DNA of 64,000 nt from Elusimicrobiota bacterium (GTDB lineage: Bacteria > Elusimicrobiota > Elusimicrobia > UBA1565 > UBA9628), in contig DAHVNA010000005.1 in NCBI GenBank assembly GCA_027319565.1, positions 548 to 64,547 of the forward strand, written 5' to 3'. Every line of letters starts with the position of its first letter. Within the stretch, counting starts at the first letter, position 1. Position numbers and translations under genes: made by a program. Shown piece after piece: positions 38,694-49,063 of this stretch. Below the pieces are notes generated by a model that saw nothing but the letters and a program-made list of their open reading frames with translations, had not been told where the DNA came from and did no database searches.

Positions 38694-40114
38694 CAGAATC
38701 TTTTGAAATGGTCGTCGGACTCGAAGTCCATGTTCAGCTCGCGACAAAAACAAAACTCTTTTGCGCCTGCGCCAACGACGGTTTTGGCGCTCCCCCCAAT
38801 AGCCGGGTTTGTCCGGTCTGCACCGGCCAACCCGGGGCCTTGCCGGTTCTCAACAAAAAAGCCGTGGAATTGGCCTTCAAGGCGGCTTTAGCTTTAAATG
38901 GAAAGCTCGCGCACAAATCCATTTTCGCGCGCAAAAATTATTTCTATCCCGATCTGCCGAAGGCCTATCAAATCTCCCAATATGACGAACCTTTTTGTTT
39001 GGGCGGAGAAGTCCCCTTGCGCCTCAAAGACGGAAAAACGAAAATCGTCGAACTGGCGCGCATTCATATGGAAGAGGACGCGGGAAAACTTCTCCATGCC
39101 ATCGGCTCTCAGGCCTTGAATTATTCCCTGGTTGATTTCAATCGCGGCGGGGTTCCTCTCATTGAAATCGTCTCAAAGCCGGAAATTTTTTCAAGCGACG
39201 AAGCCTACGCTTATCTAAGCAGCCTCAAAGAAATTCTCCAATACGCCGGCGTTTCCAACTGCGACATGGAAAAAGGCGAAATGAGATGCGACGCCAATAT
39301 TTCTTTAAGGCCAAAAGGCTCCAAGAAACTTGGCACGCGGGCCGAAATCAAAAATCTCAATTCATTTAAGAACGTTAAGGACGCCTTGGAATATGAATTT
39401 CTGCGCCAAGCCGACGTTCTTTCTTCAGGCGGGAAAATCATCCAGGAAACGCGCCTTTGGAACGGAAAAGAAACCGTCTCGATGCGCTCAAAAGAAGAAG
39501 CCCACGATTATCGCTATTTCCCCGATCCGGATCTGGTTCCCATCGACATCACCCCGGAATGGAGCGACAAAATCAAATCCGAAATTCCAGAACTCCCGCA
39601 AGCCCGCCGCGAGCGCTTTGTCTCGGACTACCATTTATCTCCTTATGAAGCCGAGGTCTTGGTCTCCGACCGAGTCATCTCCGATTATTTTATCCAGGTT
39701 TTGAAATCTTCTGAAGCGCAAAATGACGCGGAGGTGTTGGCCAAGCTCATCATGAACATCCCTGATTTTACTCCAATCGCGCCAGAGCAGATGGCTTCTC
39801 TAGTCGCCCTTTGTCGTCAAAAAACCATTACTATTAACCAGGCCAAAGAACTTTATCCCGAGATTCTTGAATCAAAAAAAGACCCGAAGATTCTAGTGGA
39901 AGAAAAAGGCTTGGCCCAGGTTTTAGACGAAAAAATTTTACGGGATTGGGTCCAAGAGGCTCTCGCCTCAAACCCAAAGGCGATATTAGATATCAAGGGC
40001 GGAAAAAAACAAGCCGCAGGCGCGCTAGTTGGCGCGGTGATGAAATTATCCAAAGGAAAAGCCAATCCCGCCTTGGTCAACAAACTCATATTCGAAGGGA
40101 TTGACAAAGCGTAA
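38690..40114 (+). CDS. gatB: Glu-tRNA(Gln)/Asp-tRNA(Asn) amidotransferase subunit B
   Basis: YEMVVGLEVHVQL, CDANISLRP, C-terminal YqeY/GatB domain. 474 aa. Confidence 0.9.
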   Translation: MTESFEMVVGLEVHVQLATKTKLFCACANDGFGAPPNSRVCPVCTGQPGALPVLNKKAVELAFKAALALNGKLAHKSIFARKNYFYPDLPKAYQISQYDEPFCLGGEVPLRLKDGKTKIVELARIHMEEDAGKLLHAIGSQALNYSLVDFNRGGVPLIEIVSKPEIFSSDEAYAYLSSLKEILQYAGVSNCDMEKGEMRCDANISLRPKGSKKLGTRAEIKNLNSFKNVKDALEYEFLRQADVLSSGGKIIQETRLWNGKETVSMRSKEEAHDYRYFPDPDLVPIDITPEWSDKIKSEIPELPQARRERFVSDYHLSPYEAEVLVSDRVISDYFIQVLKSSEAQNDAEVLAKLIMNIPDFTPIAPEQMASLVALCRQKTITINQAKELYPEILESKKDPKILVEEKGLAQVLDEKILRDWVQEALASNPKAILDIKGGKKQAAGALVGAVMKLSKGKANPALVNKLIFEGIDKA

Positions 40115-40218
40115 TTTTAGGGATATACTCTTTGGAAAGCAGGTCATGGGTGACAGAATTCGCCGATACGGCTATTTTTCCCCGTGATTCATTATAACGG
40201 CGAAAAGGGGGTCATACC

Positions 40219-40689
40219 ATGAATGAAACAAAGGCAGTGAAAGGAGCGCGGGCTTCGGGATTCACGCTCATTGAGTTAATGATCGTGGTTGCTATTATCG
40301 GTATTTTGGCGGCTATCGCCATACCGAAGTTCGCGAATCTTATCAGACAGTCTCAGGAAGGAGCGACGAAAGGAAACCTGTCAGGGATCCGCTCGGCGCT
40401 GAGCATCTATTACGGAGATAATACCGGGGTTTATCCGACGGACCTCCCGGGGCTCACCGTCAACGGAAAGTATCTGTCAGTCATCCCGAACTCGACCATT
40501 CCTCCGTATCACACGGCTACGTCTCTTGATGTCAACCAGACAGCCGGCGGCGGCCCTGGAGCGGCATCGGAAGGATCTGGAGCTGGAGAATGGCTCTACG
40601 ACAGCCTTTCAACCGATGGAAACTACGGCGGAGTGTGGGTTAACTGCACGCATACCGATACCCACGGGACAACCTGGACGACCTATTAA
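40219..40689 (+). CDS. Type IV pilin (PilA-like major pilin/pseudopilin)
   Basis: Prepilin leader ending G|FTLIELMIVVAIIGILAAIAIP (N-methyl-Phe class III signal). 156 aa. Confidence 0.8.
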   Translation: MNETKAVKGARASGFTLIELMIVVAIIGILAAIAIPKFANLIRQSQEGATKGNLSGIRSALSIYYGDNTGVYPTDLPGLTVNGKYLSVIPNSTIPPYHTATSLDVNQTAGGGPGAASEGSGAGEWLYDSLSTDGNYGGVWVNCTHTDTHGTTWTTY

Positions 40690-40712
40690 TTCTAAGTTAA
40701 CCCAGACAGGTC

Positions 40713-40746
40713 AAGGGCCCCTCCCCAAGAGGGGCCCTTCTTCTTG
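40713..40746 (+). terminator. Rho-independent terminator after pilin gene
   Basis: AAGGGCCCCTC-cccaa-GAGGGGCCCTT hairpin (11 bp, GC-rich) followed by CTTCTT. Confidence 0.5.
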
Positions 40747-41559
40747 ACGATGATGAAATCCCTGACGACTCCAAAAAACCGTCTTCACATCTCTCATTGG
40801 GGCGGGACGGGACGACCGATTCTCTTGGTTCATGGACTCGCCGGGAGCGTATCTTGGTGGGACAAGGTTTGTCCCTTACTCAAAGACGATTTTGAAGTCG
40901 CGGCTCTAGACCTCTCTGGACACGGAGACAGCGCCTGGTCTAAAGACGGCCAATATGCGATGGACTTATTTTTATCGAATATCGACGAAGCCCGGGAATT
41001 TCTTAATTGGAAGAAATTTATTCTCGTGGGCCACTCCCTGGGAGCCCGAATCAGCGTCGAATACGCCTCTCGGGAGAAATCTCCTTTAGAAGGCCTCATC
41101 GCCATTGATTTCATGCCCCGCGTAAAAGAATCTAGCCCAAGATTTTCAAGACTCGCGGGGCTTCGGCAACCCGTGTTTTCCAACGAAGAGGCGATGATCA
41201 GCCGCTTTCATCTCCAGCCTAGAGAAACCAATCTCTCCGAAGAAGAAATGCGAGAACTCGCCAAAAATCTAATCCGGCCTTGGAAAAACGGCTTTAGCTG
41301 GAAATGCGATTGGAGAGCTTTTTTAATCCGCTACGAATCCGTCTGGCCGCTTTTGCCCCGGATTCAAACGCCCAGCTTAATAGTCCGCGGACAGTTAAGC
41401 CCCATTATGGACCGAGAAGACATTAAAAAAGTTTGCCAGGAAACACTCAGAAGCGAATGTCTGGAAATTCCAGGCGCCTATCATCACGTGCCTCTCGACG
41501 CGCCAGAAGCGACGGCAAAAGCGATCCTTGATTTTGCTCAGAAACTGGTCTCTCTATGA
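40744..41559 (+). CDS. Alpha/beta-hydrolase fold protein
   Basis: HG oxyanion motif (LLVHGLAGS), nucleophile elbow GHSLGA, catalytic His near C-terminus. 271 aa. Confidence 0.7.
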   Translation: MTMMKSLTTPKNRLHISHWGGTGRPILLVHGLAGSVSWWDKVCPLLKDDFEVAALDLSGHGDSAWSKDGQYAMDLFLSNIDEAREFLNWKKFILVGHSLGARISVEYASREKSPLEGLIAIDFMPRVKESSPRFSRLAGLRQPVFSNEEAMISRFHLQPRETNLSEEEMRELAKNLIRPWKNGFSWKCDWRAFLIRYESVWPLLPRIQTPSLIVRGQLSPIMDREDIKKVCQETLRSECLEIPGAYHHVPLDAPEATAKAILDFAQKLVSL

Positions 41560-42008
41560 CGCCCTCTCACTTTGTCGCCACGGGATATGTCGTTAAAAAC
41601 GGGAAGACCCTTCTTTTACTCCACAAGAAACTAGGCTTTTGGCTGCCTCCCGGCGGACACATCGAAGAAAACGAAAATCCGGTGGAAGCTCTCTTGCGGG
41701 AAGTGCGGGAAGAAACCGGGCTTAAAGTTAAAATTCTATCGCCCTTGATTTCCCCGCCCCCCAAGGAAAAAGATGTCCAGTTTCTACATGTACCCAATCA
41801 CTTTCAGATGGAAATATTGCCCGGACACGGAATTCATTTCGATCTCGTCTATTTTTGCAAGGTCATCGCGGGCCGGGAAAAATTTTCCGTCCAGGAAAGC
41901 CGCGACATGAAATGGTTCTCTCCCAAAGATCTGGCTTCCCCTCAAATACGAGATGAAGTCAGGCGCGTGGCTCTTCAAGCCATTAAGCATGTCGGAAATA
42001 TCCGATAA
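41556..42008 (+). CDS. NUDIX hydrolase
   Basis: Nudix box GGHIEENENPVEALLREVREETGL. 150 aa. Confidence 0.8.
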   Translation: MTPSHFVATGYVVKNGKTLLLLHKKLGFWLPPGGHIEENENPVEALLREVREETGLKVKILSPLISPPPKEKDVQFLHVPNHFQMEILPGHGIHFDLVYFCKVIAGREKFSVQESRDMKWFSPKDLASPQIRDEVRRVALQAIKHVGNIR

Positions 42009-42055
42009 ACTCCTAAAAATAGCCATCTCGGCGGCATTTTTGCTAATCTAAAATA

Positions 42056-43156
42056 ATGACCGCGCAAGCCGTTTCACTTCTTAAAAAAACTCCCCTCAAC
42101 CAAGCCCACAAAGACAATGCGGCCAAGATGGTCGACTTTTTCGGCTGGGAGTTGCCGCTTTATTTTGAGAGCATCCTTAAAGAACATGAATCCGTCCGAA
42201 CCCGTTGCGGGATTTTTGACGTTTCTCATATGGGACGACTCAAAATAGAAGGCCCCTCGGCTCTTGAGCTTCTTCAAAAAATTAATACCAACGATATCGC
42301 CGCGTTAAAACCCGGGCAAGCCCTTTATTCCCATATGCCAAACGAAAGCGGAGGGATTATTGACGATTTAATCGTCAGTTGCCTGGATCCCGAACATTAT
42401 TATGCGGTTGTCAACGCCTCCAGAATTGACGCCGACAAAGAGTGGATCGAGAAAAACAACGATCACGGAGTTGTCATTACGGATCAAAGCCCCGAGACCG
42501 CCATGATCGCGGTTCAAGGTCCGGTGGCGGAAGAAATTCTTTTCCGGCATCTCAAATTTAAAGAAGCCAAAAGCCTGCCAAGATTTGGAGTCACTCAAGC
42601 GGAGATTCTCAATTGCCAAGCCCTTATCAGCCGCACGGGATATACCGGAGAAGACGGATTTGAAATCGTGGTTTCATCTCAAGAGGCCACTTCCCTTTGG
42701 AGCGCTCTTATCTCGGGCGGCGCCACTGCCTGTGGACTCGCCGCGCGCGACACGCTCAGACTTGAAGCTGGACTTCTTTTATACGGTCAAGACATGAACG
42801 AAGAAACCTCAAGCCTTGAGGCCAATTGCGCCTGGCTCGTCAAATTCGGACAAGATTTTATCGGCAAAAATGCCCTCTTAAGCCAAAAAACCCGCGGGCT
42901 TACGCGCCGCCTCTGCGGCGTAAAATTGATGGACAAGGGCGTGCCGCGTCACGGAAATGAAGTCTTTTTAGGCGAAAGCCAAGCGGGAGTTTTGACCAGC
43001 GCGACATTTTCTCCGACATTAAAAACCGGAATCGGGCTCGCCTATCTTCCCGCAAGCGTCAAGGCGGGACAAGAGCTTTTTGTCTTGGTTCACGGCCGTA
43101 AAATTCCGGCCCAGGCCGCGCCGATTCAATTCTACAAAGGAAAAATACATGCCTAA
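42056..43156 (+). CDS. gcvT: Glycine cleavage system T protein (aminomethyltransferase)
   Basis: 366 aa. Folate-binding GcvT motifs (CGIFDVSHMG, TGYTGEDGFEI). Confidence 0.9.
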   Translation: MTAQAVSLLKKTPLNQAHKDNAAKMVDFFGWELPLYFESILKEHESVRTRCGIFDVSHMGRLKIEGPSALELLQKINTNDIAALKPGQALYSHMPNESGGIIDDLIVSCLDPEHYYAVVNASRIDADKEWIEKNNDHGVVITDQSPETAMIAVQGPVAEEILFRHLKFKEAKSLPRFGVTQAEILNCQALISRTGYTGEDGFEIVVSSQEATSLWSALISGGATACGLAARDTLRLEAGLLLYGQDMNEETSSLEANCAWLVKFGQDFIGKNALLSQKTRGLTRRLCGVKLMDKGVPRHGNEVFLGESQAGVLTSATFSPTLKTGIGLAYLPASVKAGQELFVLVHGRKIPAQAAPIQFYKGKIHA

Positions 43157-43538
43157 AAACGAAGAATGCCGTTATATGAAATCTCACGAGTGGGCCTATC
43201 TAGATGGAACAGAGGCCCTTGTTGGAATCTCCGATCACGCCCAGAAAGAAATCACCGACATTGTCTTTGTCGAAGCGCCCAAGTTGGGGCGCAAGGTTTC
43301 TTCCGGAGAATCCGTCGCGACGGTGGAATCGGTCAAAGCCGCTTTCGATATCTACAGCCCTCTCTCGGGAGAGATTTCCGCCGTCAATCCGGAAGTCAGC
43401 AAAGACCCCGCTATCGTCAATAAAGACCCCCATGGAAAAGGTTGGCTTTTCCGGATCAAACCTTCCAGTAAGGAAGAACTTAATGCGCTGATGGATTGGA
43501 AGCAGTATCAAGAATTTCTCAAAACCCAGAAACATTGA
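43149..43538 (+). CDS. gcvH: Glycine cleavage system H protein (lipoyl carrier)
   Basis: HEWAY...GISDHAQ, lipoyl-lysine motif ESVKAA. Start at the internal Met 43149. Confidence 0.9.
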   Translation: MPKNEECRYMKSHEWAYLDGTEALVGISDHAQKEITDIVFVEAPKLGRKVSSGESVATVESVKAAFDIYSPLSGEISAVNPEVSKDPAIVNKDPHGKGWLFRIKPSSKEELNALMDWKQYQEFLKTQKH

Positions 43539-43540
43539 AT

Positions 43541-46444
43541 ATGATCTCTAGCACCTTGGAACCAGAACCCCTCCTCAAAGAAAACAAGATTGTATCCGAA
43601 AGCCTGTTCGCCAAGCGCCATATCGGCCCCTCCGAGGGAGATATCGCCGAGATGCTGTCTTATCTCAAAGTATCCAGTCTCGAAGAGTTAATTGAACGCG
43701 CGGTGCCTAAAACCGTCTTATCGCGTAAGGTGATGCGCCTGCCTCAAGCCCTCAGTGAACGCCAAGCCCTTCAAAAATTAAAAGAGCTCGCCGAAAAAAA
43801 TAAAATTTTTAAGTCTTATATCGGGATGGGATATTACGACACCTTCACCCCCCCAGTCATCAAAAAAAATATTCTGGAAAACCCCGGCTGGTACACCGCC
43901 TACACCCCTTACCAAGCGGAAATCGCCCAGGGGCGGCTGGAAGCTCTTCTCAATTTTCAAACGATGGTGGAAGACCTCACGGCTCTGCCGGTAGCCAACG
44001 CCTCTTTATTAGATGAATCCACCGCCGCCGCGGAAGCCATGCTCATAATGCGGAATTTGTCGGAAAACAATTCCTCTCTTTTTTTGGTCTCAAATGACTG
44101 TTTTCCTCAAACCCTGGCGGTCGTCTCAACCCGCGCCAAGGCCTTGGGAATTGAAGTCGAAATAGCGCCTGAAGACGCTTTTGATTTCTCAAAAAGACCT
44201 TTCGGCATCCTCGTTCAATATCCGACTAAAAACGGCCTTGTCAAAGATTACGAGTCTCTATGCCAAAAAGCGCATGCGGCGGGCGCTTACGTCTCGGTCG
44301 CATCCGACCTATTGAGTCTGACCCTGTTTAAAGCTCCGGGAGAATTCGGCGCCGATATCGCTTTAGGATCTACGCAGAGATTTGGAATCCCCATGGGAGG
44401 TGGCGGCCCCCACGCCGCTTATTTAGCGACCAAGGATGAATTTAAGCGCCATATGCCGGGAAGAATTGTCGGAGTCTCAAAAGACTCTTCCGGGAAAACC
44501 GCTTTACGACTCAGCCTCCAAACCCGCGAACAGCACATTAGACGAGAAAAAGCGACCTCGAACATCTGCACCGCGCAAGTCCTTTTGGCTGTCGCCGCCG
44601 GGGCCTATGCGGTTTATCACGGTCCCAAGGGGCTTCGCCAAATAGCGGAGAGAATTCGCCAACTCGCGCAATCCCTGGCGGAAGGGCTTCAAAATCTTGG
44701 TTTTGAGTCAAAAAACAAATCCGACGTCTTTGACACCCTTTTTGTCTCTCTTCGTCCAGAGGAAATAGGAAAAATTCGCGCCGCCGCGGAAAAGCGAAAG
44801 ATGAATTTCTGGTTTGAAAAAGAGGGTGTCGGAATTTCGCTGGGGGAAACGAGCGCTGAAAAAGACGTCCTGGAAATCCTATCCGCGTTCGCTTCGATTA
44901 AAGGAGTCGCCTCTCCCATGAATTTACCCATCAAGGGCGCTCCCATCCCTGAACCGCTCAAAAGAAAAAGCAATTATCTCGCCCATCCAGTTTTTAACTC
45001 TTATCATTCAGAAACCGAAATGATGCGCTATCTCAAGCGCCTTGAGAATCGCGATTTATCCTTGGTCCATTCGATGATCTCCTTGGGCTCCTGCACCATG
45101 AAGCTCAACGCCGCCTCCGAAATGGAAGCCATGACCTGGCCGGAATTTGCCCAGATTCATCCATATGCGCCTCAAACGCAAACCCGCGGATACCAGGCCT
45201 TGATCAAGGATCTAGAAAGGCGGCTTTGCGCCATCACGGGCTTTGAGGCTTTTTCCTTTCAACCAAACGCCGGATCTCAAGGAGAATATGCCGGACTTTT
45301 GGCGATCAAAAGATATCACGAGAATCGCGGCGAAAGACAAAGAAACGTGTGTTTAATTCCCGCTTCCGCGCACGGCACCAATCCCGCTTCCGCGGCTCTG
45401 GCGGGGCTTTCAGTCGTCGTGGTTTCGACCACCGAAAACGGCGACATCGATGTCGCGGATTTGAAATCAAAAGCGGAAGAATTTAAAGAGCGTCTTGCCG
45501 CTTTAATGGTCACCTATCCCTCGACCCATGGAGTTTTTGAAGCCCAGATACGGGAAAGCTGCTCCATTGTCCATAAAAACGGAGGCCTGGTTTATTTAGA
45601 CGGAGCCAATATGAACGCCTTGGTCGGTCTGGGAAAACCCGCGGAATTAGGAGCGGATGTGTGTCATCTCAATCTCCACAAAACCTTCGCCATTCCCCAT
45701 GGCGGGGGAGGTCCGGGAATGGGGCCGATTGGAGTCACAAAAACCCTCAAGCCCTATCTCCCGGGAAATCCGCTCGACGGAGAAAATAGCTATGCCGTTT
45801 CTTCCGCGCCTTGGGGATCCGCCTCGATTCTCACCATTTCCTGGGCCTATATCGCCCAGATGGGCTACGAGGGACTTCTTAAGGCGACCCAAGTGGCCAT
45901 ACTCAACGCCAATTATCTCGCGAGAAAATTAGAGACCGCCTATCCGATTCTTTTCAAAGGTCCCGGCGGCTGGTCCGCCCATGAGTGCATCATCGAACTG
46001 AGGCCCCTTAAAAATTCTGCGGAAGTGACCGCTGAAGACATCGCCAAACGCTTGATGGATTACGGCTTTCACGCCCCGACTGTTTCTTTTCCCGTGCCTG
46101 GAACCATGATGATTGAACCCACCGAATCGGAATCCAAGGCCGAGATCGACCGTTTTAGCGACGCGATGATTTCTATTCGCGCAGAAATTCGCGAAATCGA
46201 GGAAGGCCGGGCCGATAAAGCCAATAATCTTCTTAAAAACGCTCCCCACACCCTGGAACAGGTTTGTTCAGACCGTTGGGACAAGCCATATGGCCGGGAA
46301 AAAGCCGCTTTTCCTCTGCCTCAGATGAAAGACCGCAAGTTTTGGCCCGCGGTGTCTCGCATCGACAACGCCTGGGGCGATCGCAACTTCTTCTGCTCCT
46401 GCCCGCCCTGGGGAGACGGAGGCGTTGCCCCATCGAAACAGTAG
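43541..46444 (+). CDS. gcvP: Glycine dehydrogenase (decarboxylating), single-chain P protein
   Basis: About 968 aa, covering both alpha and beta halves (PLP-lysine region [18 protein letters not shown]). Start at Met 43541 after the gcvH stop. Confidence 0.9.
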   Translation: MISSTLEPEPLLKENKIVSESLFAKRHIGPSEGDIAEMLSYLKVSSLEELIERAVPKTVLSRKVMRLPQALSERQALQKLKELAEKNKIFKSYIGMGYYDTFTPPVIKKNILENPGWYTAYTPYQAEIAQGRLEALLNFQTMVEDLTALPVANASLLDESTAAAEAMLIMRNLSENNSSLFLVSNDCFPQTLAVVSTRAKALGIEVEIAPEDAFDFSKRPFGILVQYPTKNGLVKDYESLCQKAHAAGAYVSVASDLLSLTLFKAPGEFGADIALGSTQRFGIPMGGGGPHAAYLATKDEFKRHMPGRIVGVSKDSSGKTALRLSLQTREQHIRREKATSNICTAQVLLAVAAGAYAVYHGPKGLRQIAERIRQLAQSLAEGLQNLGFESKNKSDVFDTLFVSLRPEEIGKIRAAAEKRKMNFWFEKEGVGISLGETSAEKDVLEILSAFASIKGVASPMNLPIKGAPIPEPLKRKSNYLAHPVFNSYHSETEMMRYLKRLENRDLSLVHSMISLGSCTMKLNAASEMEAMTWPEFAQIHPYAPQTQTRGYQALIKDLERRLCAITGFEAFSFQPNAGSQGEYAGLLAIKRYHENRGERQRNVCLIPASAHGTNPASAALAGLSVVVVSTTENGDIDVADLKSKAEEFKERLAALMVTYPSTHGVFEAQIRESCSIVHKNGGLVYLDGANMNALVGLGKPAELGADVCHLNLHKTFAIPHGGGGPGMGPIGVTKTLKPYLPGNPLDGENSYAVSSAPWGSASILTISWAYIAQMGYEGLLKATQVAILNANYLARKLETAYPILFKGPGGWSAHECIIELRPLKNSAEVTAEDIAKRLMDYGFHAPTVSFPVPGTMMIEPTESESKAEIDRFSDAMISIRAEIREIEEGRADKANNLLKNAPHTLEQVCSDRWDKPYGREKAAFPLPQMKDRKFWPAVSRIDNAWGDRNFFCSCPPWGDGGVAPSKQ

Positions 46445-46473
46445 TCGAAGCTTCTTTAGACGTCTATTCCCAA

Positions 46474-47115
46474 ATGGCCTTAGACGAGGCCTTGCTTCTT
46501 TTTTCTCCCGAAGAGGGAGTGACTTTGCGGTTTTATTCTTGGCCGGAATCCTCCGCCACCTTTGGACGGCATCAATCCTTTCAATTTGTCGAAAGAGAAA
46601 TTAAACAAGAGGGAAAACCCGCTCTTTCCTGCACGCGAAGAATCACCGGCGGAGGACTGGTCTTTCATGGAGAAGACCTCACCTTTTCCATCACCTTCCC
46701 TTGGAAAGAGCCGATCACCCCGACTGAAATCTATCAAAGCCTCCATCATCTCATCGGCGAAGAGTTGCGTCAAGAGGGAATTTCCCTCCATTTAAAGTCC
46801 GAGCCCTCCGCAATAGCGGGGCTTAATAAAATTTGTTTTTCCGTGCCTGAAAAATCGGATATTACCGCTCTTGACGGAGCCAAAATTCTCGGCGGAGCGC
46901 TGTGCCGAAAAAACAAGCGCGGGCTTTATCAAGGCTCGCTCAAAACATCTCTTATCTCTCTTTCCCTTGCTCAAATCAAACAGGCGATATTTCGCGCTAC
47001 GTCCATCTTTGGCAAGAAAAATCCGGAAGAGAAAATCCCTTTTTTCGAACGCTCAAAAATCAGCCTTCTCGTCGATAAATACCGCTCTCAAGACTGGCGT
47101 CTCCGCGTCCCTTGA
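46474..47115 (+). CDS. Octanoyl/lipoyl transferase, LipB/LplA-family catalytic domain. N-terminus is probably longer than annotated.
   Basis: Motifs GRHQ (ATFGRHQSF), GGGLVFHG, catalytic Lys DGAKILGGAL. Homology to LipB appears to start about 15 aa upstream of the first ATG, where no canonical start exists. Confidence 0.6.
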   Translation: MALDEALLLFSPEEGVTLRFYSWPESSATFGRHQSFQFVEREIKQEGKPALSCTRRITGGGLVFHGEDLTFSITFPWKEPITPTEIYQSLHHLIGEELRQEGISLHLKSEPSAIAGLNKICFSVPEKSDITALDGAKILGGALCRKNKRGLYQGSLKTSLISLSLAQIKQAIFRATSIFGKKNPEEKIPFFERSKISLLVDKYRSQDWRLRVP

Positions 47116-47150
47116 ATAAAGTGGAAAATATGTGCTATGATAATAACGTT

Positions 47151-47456
47151 ATGTACGCGGTCATAGAAACAGGCGGTAAACAATATAAGGTTGAACCCGG
47201 AGAAGTCATACGGGTTGAGAAGCTCGATCTAGCTTCTGGAAGCGAAATTAAGTGGAAAGCCCTTTGGGCTTCCAAAGGCGAAGATTCACCGCTCGCGGGA
47301 ATTCCCAAGGCGACAGTGACAGCCGAGGTTCTTTCCCAAAAGAAAGCCCCCAAAATTTTGGTTTTCCGAAAGAAAACGAAAAAGGCTTACAAAAAGATGC
47401 ATGGGCATCGCCAGTCCCTGACTGAAGTTAAAATTAAGGATATTTCTTTCAACTGA
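47151..47456 (+). CDS. rplU: 50S ribosomal protein L21
   Basis: [25 protein letters not shown]. Start at the internal Met 47151. Confidence 0.9.
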   Translation: MYAVIETGGKQYKVEPGEVIRVEKLDLASGSEIKWKALWASKGEDSPLAGIPKATVTAEVLSQKKAPKILVFRKKTKKAYKKMHGHRQSLTEVKIKDISFN

Positions 47457-47457
47457 T

Positions 47458-47706
47458 ATGGCTCATACCAAAGCTCAAGGTTCATCCTCCAACGGTCGCG
47501 ATTCAAACGGTCAACGTCTCGGCGTCAAGATCTACGGAGGCCAAAAAATCAAAGCGGGAATGATCATTGTCAGGCAGCGCGGAACAAAATTTTTGCCGGG
47601 CGAAAACGTCGGGCGCGGCAAAGACGATACTTTGTTTGCCAAGGCTTCTGGCTCCGTGCAATTTGAGTGGGCATACAAAGACAAAAAGCGCGTCAGCGTC
47701 CGCTAA
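47458..47706 (+). CDS. rpmA: 50S ribosomal protein L27
   Basis: [24 protein letters not shown] canonical L27 N-terminus. 82 aa. Confidence 0.9.
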   Translation: MAHTKAQGSSSNGRDSNGQRLGVKIYGGQKIKAGMIIVRQRGTKFLPGENVGRGKDDTLFAKASGSVQFEWAYKDKKRVSVR

Positions 47707-47743
47707 AGTCTTTTCGCCTTCTTCCCCCTCTTAACTTCTTACC

Positions 47744-49063
47744 ATGAATTTTATTGATCGAGTTCGTCTTTTTCTTGAAGGTGGCCGCGGCGGGGACGGA
47801 TGTCTTGCCTTCCGAAGGGAAAAATACGTCGCCTACGGCGGTCCGATTGGCGGCGATGGCGGAAACGGCGGCGACATCATTCTTAAAGCGAGTTTGCGCT
47901 TAACCACCCTCTTTGATCTCTCCCGACAGACCCATATTTACGGAAATCCCGGAGCGCACGGAAAAGGAAGCAATAAAGCGGGGAAAGACGGCGAACCTAT
48001 CACGATTGAAGTTCCCGTTGGAACTCTCGTCTACAAAGACAATATCCTAGCTGCCGATCTTAATTTGCCGGACAAAACCTATATCGCGGCCAAAGGCGGA
48101 AGGGGCGGAAGGGGCAATCTCTCGTTTAAAACTCAATGGATGACCGCCCCCCGAATCAGGGAAAGGGGAGCCCCCGGAGAATCGGCTCATTTCGAACTGG
48201 AGCTTAAACTCTTGGCCGATGTGGGCTTGGTGGGTTTTCCCAATGCCGGAAAATCAAGCCTTCTCGCTCATTTATCCAAAGCCAGGCCCAAGATTGCGGA
48301 CTACCCCTTTACGACTCTTTCTCCCAATCTCGGAGTGGTCGTTCATAAAGGGGTCTCCTTTGTTTTAGCCGATATCCCCGGCCTCATCGAAGGCGCCCAC
48401 AAAGGCAAGGGCTTGGGATTTGACTTTCTAAGGCATATTGAAAGAACGCGGGTTCTCGTTCATCTCGTCGACCCGCAAGGCTTTGAGCCCTATTCTCCCG
48501 CGGAAGGAATCACCTTGATCGAAAAGGAATTAAACTCTTATTCCGCCAGCCTCAAAAAAAAGCCCCGGTTTCTGGCGGTTAACAAAATGGATATCCCGCA
48601 ATCCGCGGAAGTTTTTAAGAAATTAAAAAAAAGATTTTCCAAGCGCGAGATTTTCCCGATCTCGGCGGCGACGGGAGAGGGTCTTAAGCCCTTGCTCGAT
48701 TCCCTGATCAAAATTCTCTCGAAAACCCCGCCTCCGATGTTTAAAACGGCGGAAGAATCGGAAGAGAAATTAGAGATACAAAAAGGCTTTGAAGTCGAAC
48801 CCTTGGGAAACGGGATTTTTAATCTTAAAGGCGCCTCCATTGAACGCGCCGCGGCCATGTTGGACTTTGAACTGCCGGAAGCCGTGATGAGATTTCAAGC
48901 AATGCTCAAAAGAATCGGGGTTGACCGCGCGCTCAGAGCCGCCCATATCCGCGAGGGAAATGAAGTGCGTTGCGGAAAGGTCTCTTTTGAATGGAGCGGC
49001 GAAACCCCCAAACCCCTTCCCAAACTCTCGCGCGATCGCCCGACAAAACTAGGAATCTATTGA
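47744..49063 (+). CDS. obg: GTPase Obg/CgtA
   Basis: Obg fold N-terminus FIDRVRLFLEGGRGGDGCLAFRREKYV with Gly-rich repeats. G1 GFPNAGKSSLL, G3 DIPGLIEGA, G4 NKMD. Conserved rplU-rpmA-obg order. Confidence 0.9.
   Translation: MNFIDRVRLFLEGGRGGDGCLAFRREKYVAYGGPIGGDGGNGGDIILKASLRLTTLFDLSRQTHIYGNPGAHGKGSNKAGKDGEPITIEVPVGTLVYKDNILAADLNLPDKTYIAAKGGRGGRGNLSFKTQWMTAPRIRERGAPGESAHFELELKLLADVGLVGFPNAGKSSLLAHLSKARPKIADYPFTTLSPNLGVVVHKGVSFVLADIPGLIEGAHKGKGLGFDFLRHIERTRVLVHLVDPQGFEPYSPAEGITLIEKELNSYSASLKKKPRFLAVNKMDIPQSAEVFKKLKKRFSKREIFPISAATGEGLKPLLDSLIKILSKTPPPMFKTAEESEEKLEIQKGFEVEPLGNGIFNLKGASIERAAAMLDFELPEAVMRFQAMLKRIGVDRALRAAHIREGNEVRCGKVSFEWSGETPKPLPKLSRDRPTKLGIY

Noticed and set aside
46264-46473. 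Long version of the lipB-like ORF starting at ATG 46264
   Set aside because: Would overlap the last 180 nt of gcvP. The upstream residues ([16 protein letters not shown]...) show no LipB similarity. Retained only as a note in the findings.
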